A stretch of DNA of 63,722 nucleotides, filler included, from an uncultured Methanosarcinales archaeon (GTDB taxonomy: Archaea; Nanobdellota; Nanobdellia; Woesearchaeales; CAYXTQ01): NCBI GenBank assembly GCA_964608065.1. It is 7 parts of 7 records of this genome, joined end to end, with 100 filler letters (N's around TTAATTAATTAA, not from the genome) between each part and the next. Parts side by side here need not be neighbours in the genome. Positions count along the whole stretch, not along the records: positions 20,142 to 29,951 come from CAZSMA010000056.1; positions 30,052 to 39,569 come from CAZSMA010000057.1; 5 more parts are not named here. One strand, given 5' to 3'. The notes under the pieces were generated by a model. It searched no databases. It saw nothing but the letters and a program-made list of their open reading frames with translations, and was not told the origin of the DNA. The position numbers and the translations under genes were made by a program. This document shows, one piece after another, positions 21,047 to 30,882 of this stretch (its first letter is position 1; each line of letters starts with the position of its first letter).

Positions 21047-21508
21047 ATGGAAATAATAAATTACACCTTAACCTTAATAGTATCATTCTTAGGATTAGTA
21101 ATTGGGATAATCTTAGCTTATATAGCAAAAGAAGAACTTAGAGCTGGAAAAAAATATTTTATACTTTTACAGAAAGTAATTTTAACCTTAATCCCATCTT
21201 TTTTTCTTTTTTATTTTTTAAAAAAAAATATTTCTTTATTGATTATTTCAATATTACTTTTTTCCATGTTGATTAATTCGTATAACAAGAGAATTAAAAC
21301 ACATTACATTTACCCATTCTTAGCTTTAATCTTCTTTTTCAGTCATAAAAACATTGATTTATTCAGATTAGAGGCATTTTTAATTTTTCTATATGGTTTT
21401 CCAACAGGATCTTTATTGACAAAAGTGACAAAGAAGAACTACGTAAAAATTGTCTTACAGCATATTTCTTTTGTTGTTATAGGTTTGCTATTGTTTATTC
21501 TTTTTTAA
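21047..21508 (+). CDS. Membrane protein of unknown function
   Basis: Several TM segments; KEEL..GKKYF and FLYGFP.GS motifs. Confidence 0.6.
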   Translation: MEIINYTLTLIVSFLGLVIGIILAYIAKEELRAGKKYFILLQKVILTLIPSFFLFYFLKKNISLLIISILLFSMLINSYNKRIKTHYIYPFLALIFFFSHKNIDLFRLEAFLIFLYGFPTGSLLTKVTKKNYVKIVLQHISFVVIGLLLFILF

Positions 21509-21602
21509 CAGAAATAACTTTGTTTTCTTTATCAACATCAAATATTTTGCCTAAAAACTGTTCACAGATATAGATATTAGTTAATGTGTGATTGCTTATT
21601 TT
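21495..21602 (-). pseudogene. rtcA: Displaced duplicate 3' end of rtcA (35 codons)
   Basis: KISNHTLTNIYICEQFLGKIFDVDKENKVISVKKE* aligns without gaps to RtcA LVTNHCKTNMYVIEKFLPVKF (9/21 identical); no start codon. Confidence 0.8.
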
Positions 21603-23029
21603 TCAAATTTTAATTTAATAATCTTATTAATCTCTTTATGAACTTTCTCAATAGGAATTTTTCTTTTATAAATTCCTTTCTTTTCTCTATCAATATATTC
21701 TAAAATCCCTAATAAAAGTTTTTGTTTTTCTATTCCTTTATGGAATTTTGAACCCCAAACATAGACTTTAGGTAAAAAACCACCTATTTTTAAAAAATTA
21801 AGGATTGATTCCATTCTCGTTGCATATAACCCGTCAATACCTGACCAATGATCATCGCTTTTTCTTACAATCATTTTAATATCAAATTCATCTAATAATC
21901 TCTTTAATTGTTTAACAAGAATTGGATTTGCACAAGATAAATTTAGATGTGGTCTAATCATATTTCTACTCCTCGCTCTATTAAAAGATATTGAACCTTC
22001 TGCACAGAACCATAACCTCAACGCAATTATTTTTGTTTCTTTGTTACATTTAAATAAAAAATCAATAGATGGTTGAACCTCTTTTAGATAATCTTCAGAT
22101 TTTTGATTTTTTGCTGGAGCTGTTTTAGTAGTTTTGCAAATTTTTATGATATTTTTTGCAGTATTTTTATCTACAATAAAGGATGTTTTTCTTAAATTAT
22201 TTCTTCCTTTTAATTGAAAGTAAGCTGTAGGATATTTTTTTAATACATTATACAAAGAATCTAAGAATACATTATGTAATTCTTTATTTTTAGGAACTGA
22301 AAAAAAATCAAAATAATAGATATATTTATTGTGATACGTGTTTCCATCAGTTAAAAGCAAAGGCAACGCCACTCCTTTTAATATATCAACCTTTTTGTAA
22401 GAATATATATTCGATAAAGGTATTTTTATTAAATATTTCTTTTCATAATTAAAAAAATAAGTAAGAAATTTATTTAAAGTAACACAATTTATTTCTTGAA
22501 GTCCATCCTTTCTCTTACTAACTTTTTTTATAGAAAAAAAGGTAAGAATATTTTTAATTTCTTCTTTATTTTTTGTGAGCAAATAAACTCTAGGATTGTG
22601 ATTATCCGGTTTTAAATATTTTATAATACTTAAAATATTTTTATTATAAATCGGGAGTATAATTGTTTTTGAACCACCACTTCCTCTACAATAATAAAAT
22701 CTTGAATTATTTTTTAAGAAAATTTTTAACAATTTTTTTTCATTATATTCATATTTTAATATATTTAATATTTTTTTAATAATATATATAGGAATTCCTT
22801 TTTTATTCCTAATTTTCTTTCCGACATAATCTTTATTCATCCCTAATTTTTTATCTATTTCATAAACTTTGAAACCTTTTTTCTTTATAAGGTCTTTAAT
22901 AAATTCATGTAAATCTGTAACATAAAGCTTTTCTAATAAAGTCAAATTAAACATATTATCTATTAGTTTATCTTTTTTTAAAGATAATTCTATTTGCCAT
23001 ACAGTTGTTTGTTTAGTTTTAATTTTCAT
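21596..23029 (-). CDS. Free-standing two-motif LAGLIDADG homing endonuclease with N-terminal HTH-like region
   Basis: ALPLLLTDGN and ALRLWFCAEGSI motifs; LSCANPILVKQLKRLLDEFDI; extremely Lys-rich and AT-rich. Confidence 0.8.
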   Translation of the reverse strand: MKIKTKQTTVWQIELSLKKDKLIDNMFNLTLLEKLYVTDLHEFIKDLIKKKGFKVYEIDKKLGMNKDYVGKKIRNKKGIPIYIIKKILNILKYEYNEKKLLKIFLKNNSRFYYCRGSGGSKTIILPIYNKNILSIIKYLKPDNHNPRVYLLTKNKEEIKNILTFFSIKKVSKRKDGLQEINCVTLNKFLTYFFNYEKKYLIKIPLSNIYSYKKVDILKGVALPLLLTDGNTYHNKYIYYFDFFSVPKNKELHNVFLDSLYNVLKKYPTAYFQLKGRNNLRKTSFIVDKNTAKNIIKICKTTKTAPAKNQKSEDYLKEVQPSIDFLFKCNKETKIIALRLWFCAEGSISFNRARSRNMIRPHLNLSCANPILVKQLKRLLDEFDIKMIVRKSDDHWSGIDGLYATRMESILNFLKIGGFLPKVYVWGSKFHKGIEKQKLLLGILEYIDREKKGIYKRKIPIEKVHKEINKIIKLKFEK

Positions 23030-23225
23030 TTAAATCTCGCTTTTTATCTGACTGAAATAATGTAAATGATTTTCTATGAAATAGAAAATTATAATTTGAT
23101 TATTGAAATGTTTTATTTAGTGATTTTAAATTAAAACGGTTATTAAACAACTTGGCAAGAATTTTAATCTTTAAATACTTTTCTATTTTACCTTTATTAG
23201 CTTTATTTGGCGGAAAATTAAAATA

Positions 23226-24269
23226 CTATAAATTAGAACATTCTATTAACTGACCTGTTATCTTAAATTTTACTGGCAAAAATTTTTCTATTACATACAT
23301 GTTTGTTTTACAATGGTTAGTAACAAGTGATACTTTTATTTTACTAGGTGAGAATACAGCCATAAAAGGCAATATTTGATCTCCTAAGTACCTATCAACA
23401 GGAGCTTTAAAATTAATCTCCTCAACTAATTTCTGAGCAGCTTCATTCCCAACATCTTCTGCTCTTTTCACTCTTTCACCTAAACAATCAGAGCCTATCC
23501 TGATAGGGTTGTTAAAGTCTATCTCATCTTTGTCTTTAGAGAATATTGCCCATAATGTAATACCAGAACCAATAGAGTCTGTGTTAACATATTCTGTTCT
23601 TATCTGAACAGGAATATTTAATTTATTCAAAACAAGTTTAGCAGCTCTTGCCTGTCTTTCTGCTACTTCTGCTTTCTGCAGCTCAATATGAGCATGACTT
23701 ACCCCTTTAATATGCAACAAATATCCTTGTCCTGTTAATTCAATTTTCTGACTTTTTCTGCTTGGATTAATCTTAATATCAACCTTACCATTCCCTTTAG
23801 GATAATACCCTCTTCTCTCTAATTTAAAGTCAATATCAGCGTATTTTCTTAACTGAGGCAGTAAAATTTCAATAAAATAATTTACAGACATACTCCATTT
23901 TACGTCTGTTCCGCCTTTAATCTTAAATCTTACTTTTTTTTCTGAGAATATACTTGGTAATAATAAAGCTTGCAGCAGTAAAGTAATACTTCCAGCTGTT
24001 CCTATATCAATAGAGATTGTCTTACCTTCTATTTTTCCTGGCTTATACTTTAAATACTCTGAACCAAGCTCAGCTCCTTTAACTTTTGCATTACAAAGCT
24101 CTTGCAAAGCCTTAACACAGAACAGATGCTGATTTTTTAATCCAGGGTTTTTTCTTCCTTTTCTAATATTATTAACTTCAAATTCTTTTCCTGTTATAAC
24201 AGATAAAGCTAAAGCTGTCCTTACTATCTGTCCTCCGCCTTCTAAGTAGTTTCCATCTAAACTTATCAT
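23226..24269 (-). CDS. rtcA: RNA 3'-terminal phosphate cyclase
   Basis: LDGNYLEGGGQIVRTALALS, R.NPGLKNQHL, GTAGSITL, RGYYPKG.G, DQIL, catalytic NH..TN. Confidence 0.95.
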   Translation of the reverse strand: MISLDGNYLEGGGQIVRTALALSVITGKEFEVNNIRKGRKNPGLKNQHLFCVKALQELCNAKVKGAELGSEYLKYKPGKIEGKTISIDIGTAGSITLLLQALLLPSIFSEKKVRFKIKGGTDVKWSMSVNYFIEILLPQLRKYADIDFKLERRGYYPKGNGKVDIKINPSRKSQKIELTGQGYLLHIKGVSHAHIELQKAEVAERQARAAKLVLNKLNIPVQIRTEYVNTDSIGSGITLWAIFSKDKDEIDFNNPIRIGSDCLGERVKRAEDVGNEAAQKLVEEINFKAPVDRYLGDQILPFMAVFSPSKIKVSLVTNHCKTNMYVIEKFLPVKFKITGQLIECSNL

Positions 24270-24386
24270 ATTAAGGAGAATTCAATGTAGGTTTATTAAT
24301 GTTATTATTAAAGTAAATAAATGGCGGTTTGTTTATAATTTGGTATAATACTTTAAATGATCTTGAAGTATAAGAAAGATATTTAA

Positions 24387-25061
24387 ATGTCAATACTATT
24401 TAATAATCCTATGAAAAGAATATTGATAGCAATTATTATGTTGATTTCAGTTCAATTAGTTTTAGGAGCTCAAGACCCAGGATTAGTATTCTGTCAATTG
24501 CAAGGTTATGATGCAGTATTTTCTGTAACAATTCAATATGAAGATAAGCAAGTTCAGTTCGTACCAGGTAATAAATGGAATGATGAAATAATTTTTCCCG
24601 TATCTTTTAGAAAAGAAGACGGAAGTGGCATAGGTTATTTCCATGTCAAAGAGATTTATGGATTGTCAGAAGATGAAAAAACTGAATTAATACAAAAAAT
24701 TGAGAATGAAATCAATTTTGATGAATATACTGTGAAAAAAGATACTGAAACTGATATATATGGTTATGAGTGGTGGTATCTCATATCAGGCGATTTTGAA
24801 ATCTTTACTTTTTGTGATTTCCCAGAAGGGCATGATTGTAAATGGACTGATTTTAGAGATAAAAAATGCGGGACAGAATATATCGAAGACATTCCTTGTG
24901 TCGGAGATGGAGAAGCGATAAGACCAATGTTTCAAGATTGTTGTGAAGGATTAGAAGTTTATAATCCAAGACATAATTGTATGGGGTGTTTGCCCATATG
25001 TAGAATTCCTCCCAATAACTTTTTTATTAAATTCTGGGAATGGATAAAAGGAATTTTCTAA
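24387..25061 (+). CDS. Secreted DUF333-like Cys-rich protein with internal insertion
   Basis: DPGLVFCQLQGY and FCDFPEGHDCKWTDFRDKKCG are the two halves of the DUF333 motif; FWEWIKGIF tail. Confidence 0.55.
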   Translation: MSILFNNPMKRILIAIIMLISVQLVLGAQDPGLVFCQLQGYDAVFSVTIQYEDKQVQFVPGNKWNDEIIFPVSFRKEDGSGIGYFHVKEIYGLSEDEKTELIQKIENEINFDEYTVKKDTETDIYGYEWWYLISGDFEIFTFCDFPEGHDCKWTDFRDKKCGTEYIEDIPCVGDGEAIRPMFQDCCEGLEVYNPRHNCMGCLPICRIPPNNFFIKFWEWIKGIF

Positions 25062-25157
25062 TTTGCCCAACCTATCAATAAATTAACCAGGGTTTATTTA
25101 TCTTAGGCTTTCCATATATAGAATTGAGTTGATTTTACATGAGAGAATTTTTGACTT

Positions 25158-26819
25158 CTAAAACTCACTTCTTTTATGATAATGAGTATGTAATAATTCA
25201 TGCGCCTTCTTAGAATTAGGTTTTCCTAGCATTTCTTTGTAAATTCTTTGGACAGTTGGATTTTCGTGACTCTTTCTTATTGGTAACTTCTTATCCTGTT
25301 TATATATTGCACTCATTCTTTTTTCTATAATTTCTTTTGTAGTTGGCAATGGCTGGCCTCCACCACCAATACAACCTCCAGGACATGCCATCATCTCAAT
25401 AAAATGATACTTATCTTTCTCTTTCAATAACTTCTTAATATTAGCTCCGCCATGTGCTACTGCAAATCTGATTTCCTTTCCTTTTATCTTTACTTTCCCT
25501 GTTTTTATTCCTTCTATACCTCTAATCTCATTAAAATCTATCTTCTTCAATGTCTTTCCAGTACCTAATTCATAAGCAGTCCTTAAAGCAGCTTCCATTA
25601 CACCGCCAGTAGCTCCAAAAATAACTCCTGCACCTGTTGATTCTCCAAGAGGATTATCAAACTCCTCATCTTTTAACTTTTTAAAGTTAATATTAAAATA
25701 TCTTATTAATTTTGCTGCTTCCCTTGTTGTAATAACATAATCAACTCCACTTTTTAGTTCAGGTCTTGTTGATTCAAACTTTTTAGCAGTACAGGGCATT
25801 ACACTTACAACAACAATATCTTTCTTATTGATACCTGCTTTCTTTGCATAATATGTTTTAGTTAACATTCCAAGCATTTCATGGGGGCTTTTACAGGAAG
25901 ACATGTTAGGAAACAAATCATGATTAAAATGTTCCATAAATTTGATCCAAGCTGGACAGCATGTTGTAATCATTGGAAATGGACCATTTTTTCTTATTCT
26001 TTCTAGAAACTCAGTAGATTCTTCCATTATAGTTATGTCTGCTCCTAAATCAGTATCAAAAATTTTATCAAAACCACATTTTCTTAGTGCAGAAACCATT
26101 TTTCCAGTTACTAATGAACCTGCAGGCATTCCAAACTCTTCCCCTAGAGCTGCCCTTACAGAAGGTGCTGTCTGCACAACAACATGTTTTGACTTATCTT
26201 TTAAAGCTTTAATAACTTCAAATAAATGCTCTCTTTCATAAATTGCACCAACAGGACAAGCAGCAATACATTGTCCGCATTTTATACAAGCAACATCATG
26301 CAAAGGATGATTACAATAAGGGCTTACATGTTCTTTAAAACCCCTTTTGGCAAAATCAATAGCATACACATTCATAATTTCTCCACAGACCCTGACACAT
26401 TTTCCACAATTAATGCATTGATTGTTGTTTCTGATAACTGATTCGCTTAAATCTTCTTCATACTTGTGTATAGGATCAAATCTTATTCTAGTCATTCCTA
26501 AATCTTCAATTAGTTTGCATAAATCGTTGTTAATATCACACTTTAAATGTCCTCCCATAAGCAATTCAGCATTTATTTTTCTTGCTTTTGTTATTCTTTT
26601 AGAGCTTGTTTTAATTTCACAACCTTCGTTAGGGTAAGTGCTGCAAGAAGTAACTAATTTTCCATCTAATTCAACCAAACAAAGCCTACATCTTGCTTCA
26701 GGATATAGTCCTTCAATATAGCATAGCTTAGGAATCTCAATTCCTTTTTTCTCACAAATCTGCAGGAGAGTTTCCCCTTCTTTACAGTTTATTTTTTTAC
26801 CATCTAACTTTATCTTCAT
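25158..26819 (-). CDS. hydA: [FeFe]-hydrogenase catalytic subunit (group A)
   Basis: H-cluster motifs TTCCPAW, MPCTAKKFE, EMMACPGGCIGGGGQP; N-terminal 2Fe-2S and two CxxCxxCxxxC motifs. Confidence 0.96.
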   Translation of the reverse strand: MKIKLDGKKINCKEGETLLQICEKKGIEIPKLCYIEGLYPEARCRLCLVELDGKLVTSCSTYPNEGCEIKTSSKRITKARKINAELLMGGHLKCDINNDLCKLIEDLGMTRIRFDPIHKYEEDLSESVIRNNNQCINCGKCVRVCGEIMNVYAIDFAKRGFKEHVSPYCNHPLHDVACIKCGQCIAACPVGAIYEREHLFEVIKALKDKSKHVVVQTAPSVRAALGEEFGMPAGSLVTGKMVSALRKCGFDKIFDTDLGADITIMEESTEFLERIRKNGPFPMITTCCPAWIKFMEHFNHDLFPNMSSCKSPHEMLGMLTKTYYAKKAGINKKDIVVVSVMPCTAKKFESTRPELKSGVDYVITTREAAKLIRYFNINFKKLKDEEFDNPLGESTGAGVIFGATGGVMEAALRTAYELGTGKTLKKIDFNEIRGIEGIKTGKVKIKGKEIRFAVAHGGANIKKLLKEKDKYHFIEMMACPGGCIGGGGQPLPTTKEIIEKRMSAIYKQDKKLPIRKSHENPTVQRIYKEMLGKPNSKKAHELLHTHYHKRSEF

Positions 26820-27916
26820 TTAAATTCCTCTGGGAAATACTTTAAAGCAGTAAGTAAATGATTTGTGCATGTTTGCCCTAATCCGCAAAGAGAGGTTTCA
26901 TGTATGTTTTCTGCTAAGTCTTTCAAAGTCTTTAAATCTGTTTTATTTGCTTTATTTTCTTTTATTTTCTCTAACAAAACTAAAATCCTCTTTGTACCTT
27001 CTCTGCATGGAGTGCATTTTCCACATGATTCATGTTCATAGAATTTTGCTATAGATATTGCAATATCCAAGATAGATTGTTCTTCATCCACAACAATTAC
27101 TGTATAAGCTCCTATTGCACAATTTTTTCCGCAAACATTCTCTGGAGTTAATTCAATCTTGCAATAAGGCATACAGCCTCCAAAACATCCAAAATAAACA
27201 GCTTTTATTTTTTTTTTTGGTTTGCCTAGGTTTATAAGGTCGCAAAGATTATAACCAACAGGAAGTTCATAAATTCCTGGCTTTGTAACATTGCCTGATA
27301 AAGAAAATAATCTTAAATTATGATTCCAATCATCAAACAATATTGCCTGAGGAACATTAGCAAATGTTTCTACATTGTTTATTATAGTGGGTTTGCACCA
27401 CAATCCCTCTACTGGAGGGTAAGGTGGCTTGTAATAAGGATGGCCTCTAGAGCCTTCTATTGATTTGATAATAGCTGTTTCATCTCCGCAAACATAGCTT
27501 CCTGCACCAAGAATTATATCAATTTTTAATCTTGATTTTGATTTTTCTAGAATTTTATCAACAACGTTTTGCAACCCCCTCTTTAAATGCTCATACTCTC
27601 CTCTTAAATAGATAAAAGCTCTTTTTGCATTTATCGTGTATGCTGCTATTAAAATTCCTTCTATTAATGTCTCAGGATTGTTTTTTATAATGAATTTGTC
27701 TTTAAATGTCCCTGGCTCTCCTTCATCTGCATTACATATAATGAATTTTTCATCTGCTTTAGTATCAAATGCAATTTCCCATTTCTTTGCAGTTGGAAAA
27801 CCAGCTCCCCCTCTGCCAGAAAGCCCTTTTCCTCCTAGAACTTTGATTATACCTTTAGAGCCAAGCTTCTTTGCTTTTTTCAAAGCTTTAAGATTTGTTT
27901 TTCTTAAGATTTGCAT
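26816..27916 (-). CDS. hydB: NuoF-like FMN/NADH-binding diaphorase subunit (short form)
   Basis: GRGGAGFPT, NADEGEPGTFKD, GAGSYVCGDETA, NNVET, ESCGKCTPCREG, SLCGLG. Confidence 0.93.
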   Translation of the reverse strand: MQILRKTNLKALKKAKKLGSKGIIKVLGGKGLSGRGGAGFPTAKKWEIAFDTKADEKFIICNADEGEPGTFKDKFIIKNNPETLIEGILIAAYTINAKRAFIYLRGEYEHLKRGLQNVVDKILEKSKSRLKIDIILGAGSYVCGDETAIIKSIEGSRGHPYYKPPYPPVEGLWCKPTIINNVETFANVPQAILFDDWNHNLRLFSLSGNVTKPGIYELPVGYNLCDLINLGKPKKKIKAVYFGCFGGCMPYCKIELTPENVCGKNCAIGAYTVIVVDEEQSILDIAISIAKFYEHESCGKCTPCREGTKRILVLLEKIKENKANKTDLKTLKDLAENIHETSLCGLGQTCTNHLLTALKYFPEEFK

Positions 27917-28338
27917 TTTGTTCTTAATATTTCTCTTAGCTTCTCTTCAGTAAGTTTAGTATATGGTTTTCCGTTCAACAACATGGCAGGAGCTTCATCA
28001 CAACAACCAATGCAACTATATTCATACAAGCCGAATTTCTTATCTTTTGTTGTTTGATTTAATACAACCTTTAACTCTTCTTCAAGAAACCCTATGATAT
28101 TCCAAGAACCATTAACATGACATGATGGGCTATTACAAACATAAATTATATTTTTGCCGTGTTGTTCTGTATTTAAGAATGAGTAGAATGTAGCAACACC
28201 ATAAACTCTTGATATAGGTATTCCTGTCTCCTTACTTATTCTTTTTAATGTTTTTTCTGATAAATATCTTTCTTTTTTCCTTGCTTTAACTAGCTTAGGA
28301 AGAAGCAGCTTATCTGCTGATATATCACACTTTTTCAT
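27904..28338 (-). CDS. hydC: NuoE-like 2Fe-2S subunit
   Basis: VYGVATFYS, VCNSPSCHVNG, SCIGCCDEAP; ATG 28338 has a TATA box about 25 nt upstream. Confidence 0.9.
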   Translation of the reverse strand: MKKCDISADKLLLPKLVKARKKERYLSEKTLKRISKETGIPISRVYGVATFYSFLNTEQHGKNIIYVCNSPSCHVNGSWNIIGFLEEELKVVLNQTTKDKKFGLYEYSCIGCCDEAPAMLLNGKPYTKLTEEKLREILRTKCKS

Positions 28339-28373
28339 ATTATTATTTATAAATACCTTATATTTAAATTTTG

Positions 28374-28527
28374 TCAAAAACCACCTATCATATATGGGTG
28401 GAATGTCGTGAAATGTATAATCACATTGAGTGGTTTTTGAGCATGATCGGAAATATATCTCCTTATAATGGTGTATTGTGGATTTCATCCACTGGTTAGA
28501 AACCAGAGGTATATTTCCGACATGTTA
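28374..28527. repeat. Two adjacent compound palindromes (REP/MITE-like element or structured RNA)
   Basis: TCAAAAACCAC 28374-28384 pairs with GTGGTTTTTGA 28430-28440; CATG-A-TCGGAAATATA pairs with TATATTTCCGA-CATG; internal hairpins GTGGAT..ATCCAC and TGGTT..AACCA. Confidence 0.7.
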
Positions 28528-28569
28528 AAATAAAAAAATATTTAAACAACCTAGTTTTATTTATCTAGA

Positions 28570-29118
28570 ATGGATAATAAATATGCTTACTTAAACAAGA
28601 ATGATTACAATATTGGATTTATTCAGGAAAATATAGAAATGGTTATTTATTCTATTGTTTGTTTTTTTGTTCCATTATTTATAGGACATCCCCAATTATT
28701 TGTTGGAGTCATAGTTAATTCATCACTGATACTGGCTGCATTAAATCTAAGAAATTACAAATTATTACCTATAATACTGCTTCCAAGCATCGGTGTTTTA
28801 TCTAGGGGCATTATATTCGGGCCTTTTACTGTTTTTTTGCTTTATATGCTCCCTTTTATATGGATCGGTAACTCTTTGTTAGTTTATGTGTTTAAGCTAT
28901 TAAATCTTGAGAGGAAAATAAACAAATGGATCACATTATTAGCAGGGTCTTTTATTAAAGCATTGTTCCTTTTTGGAGTAGCATATTTACTTGTAAATTT
29001 AGGAATTATTCCAAACATTTTCTTAAAAACAATGGGATTATTTCAATTCTACACAGCAATAGCTGGAGGCTTTGTTGCATTTGGATTACAGGGGATTAAG
29101 AAAAGAATAAGAATATAA
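28570..29118 (+). CDS. ECF S-component-like membrane protein, divergent from hydCBA
   Basis: QLFVGVIVNSSL, LLPSI, LPFIWIGN, QFYTAIAGG; about 6 TM segments. Confidence 0.65.
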   Translation: MDNKYAYLNKNDYNIGFIQENIEMVIYSIVCFFVPLFIGHPQLFVGVIVNSSLILAALNLRNYKLLPIILLPSIGVLSRGIIFGPFTVFLLYMLPFIWIGNSLLVYVFKLLNLERKINKWITLLAGSFIKALFLFGVAYLLVNLGIIPNIFLKTMGLFQFYTAIAGGFVAFGLQGIKKRIRI

Positions 29119-29134
29119 AAAAAATAAAAAACAA

Positions 29135-29347
29135 TTACTCCTCCCAGCCAATCTCAGATAAGTCTTTCTCTATATCCTCTAGTTCTGAGATATCCATGTC
29201 TTTCTGTAAAGTGTCTATTTCAGAGATGTCTTCACTGATATCATTTTCAGATTCTTCTTTTGATTCTTCTGTTGGTACTGTAGCACAACTAGCTATAAAA
29301 AGCATTAAAATCAGTAGGGCCAATATTATCTTTATTTGTTGTTTCAT
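29135..29347 (-). CDS. Small acidic lipoprotein
   Basis: FIASC lipobox; acidic tail. Confidence 0.6.
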   Translation of the reverse strand: MKQQIKIILALLILMLFIASCATVPTEESKEESENDISEDISEIDTLQKDMDISELEDIEKDLSEIGWEE

Positions 29348-29349
29348 TT

Positions 29350-29951
29350 TTACTCAGCCTCCTCTGATTCTTCTTCATCACTTTCATCTTTAGGTTCTTC
29401 CTCTTCGTCATCTGTTTCTTCATCCTCTATTTCTTCTTCGTCTTCAATCTCAATTGTTTCACCGGCAGCTATTATCCCATCAACTTCTTCTTCTGCTTCA
29501 TTTTCATCGCTTTCTAACTCTTCTTCAACACCCTGCTCTTTTAACTCACTAAATATCCCTTTTAATATTTCATGAGCTTCTTTTAAATCAAGATGTGCTT
29601 GTTTCATATAACTATGCGCTTCTTTTACTATCTCTTCCTCACTTCCTGCTGCAACTTTCATTTCTCCATATTTTTGAACAGCCATTTCATAATTTTTTCT
29701 TGCTAATTCTAACTTATCGCTGAAGTTTTCAATTAAGTTTTCTACATTGCTTGTATCCTTGCCCTGTTCTGTCATTCTTTCAAGAATTCTGTTAAGCTTT
29801 ATCTCTAATTGCTTTGATTTTACTATTATGCCACCTATCTTTGAATTAATCAGTTTACCAGCAGCTCTTTTTGCTAAATACTTTGTATTAGCCCATGTTT
29901 CCCTTACTAGTTCAGCAGCTTCTTTTATATCTTCTTGTGTGCTTTCATTGT
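29350..29951 (-). CDS. Coiled-coil protein with acidic tail (5' truncated)
   Basis: Helical E/K/A-rich ORF; frame appears to continue toward the contig end. Confidence 0.55.
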
Positions 29952-30051
29952 NNNNNNNNNNNNNNNNNNNNNNNNNNNNNNNNNNNNNNNNNNNNTTAAT
30001 TAATTAANNNNNNNNNNNNNNNNNNNNNNNNNNNNNNNNNNNNNNNNNNNN
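29952..30051. other. Artificial contig linker
   Basis: N44-TTAATTAATTAA-N44. Confidence 0.98.
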
Positions 30052-30882
30052 TAAAACACTAGAATTAGAAAGGGGTTCTGGCTCTTTATGTTTTTCTTTC
30101 ACAAATTTATTTAATTTTACTTGGTCTTTCACTTCACTTAATCTTTTTTTTGCTGTTTTATTGTATTCTTCTGAAATGTCTAAATGAATAAAATTTCTGT
30201 TATTTTTTGCTGAAACAACTGCAACCGTTCCTGTTCCACCAAACATATCTAAGATAGTATGTCCTTTGAATGAATAAAATTTTATCAAACGATAAATTAA
30301 TTCTTCGGGAAAAGGTGCAGGATGCCCATTTCTTTTAGTTTGGGGCGATATTTTCCAATGGCCATCAGAATATTCCTTAAATTCTTCTGGTGTAATATCT
30401 GCATCTTTCTTATCTCCTTCCAATTTATCTCCATTTTTAGAAAATACTAAAACATATTCCCAAGATGGAACGATATGTGGGTTAGATGGACTTTTCCAAC
30501 TGCCCCAAGCAGTTCTTCTTAACATGGTTTGCTTATACCAAATAATTTCTGTTCTAAATTTCATTCCCAACTTTCTTAATTGGCTACTAAAATCATGATG
30601 AATTGGAGTAAAATCTTTTATTCCTGTTGGTGCAATATTTAAACAAAATCTTCCACCCGGTACTAAAACTCTTTGGGTTTCTTTCCATACATTATTTAAC
30701 CATTTAAGATATTCATCATAGTCCATTTCGTCGTGATGATTATCATAATCCTTTCCTACATTATATGGTGGGGAAGTAATCGCAAGATGAACACTATTAT
30801 CAGGAATTTGTTTAAGAGAATCTAAAACATCACCTGTTACAATTTTATTCAAAAATTTATTTTTATTAATCATCTTGCTCAA
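30052..30882 (-). CDS. Beta-class N4-C/N6-A DNA methyltransferase (stop lies beyond contig end)
   Basis: TSPPYN precedes HPAPFP and LDMFGGTGT. Confidence 0.92.
30070..30084. repeat. 15-bp inverted repeat, left of R-M module
   Basis: AAGGGGTTCTGGCTC is the exact reverse complement of 31666-31680. Confidence 0.8.

Noticed and set aside
21596..23225. Intein or intron interrupting rtcA
   Set aside because: rtcA has its own stop and a complete catalytic tail; the endonuclease has no intein splice motifs and is a separate ORF.
26816..28338. Respiratory complex I (nuoEF)
   Set aside because: The genes are translationally coupled to an H-cluster protein and no membrane Nuo subunits are present.
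28339..28488. 50-aa N-terminal extension of HydC in the ORF track
   Set aside because: It runs through the palindromic element and TATA box; ATG 28338 gives a normal NuoE-like length.
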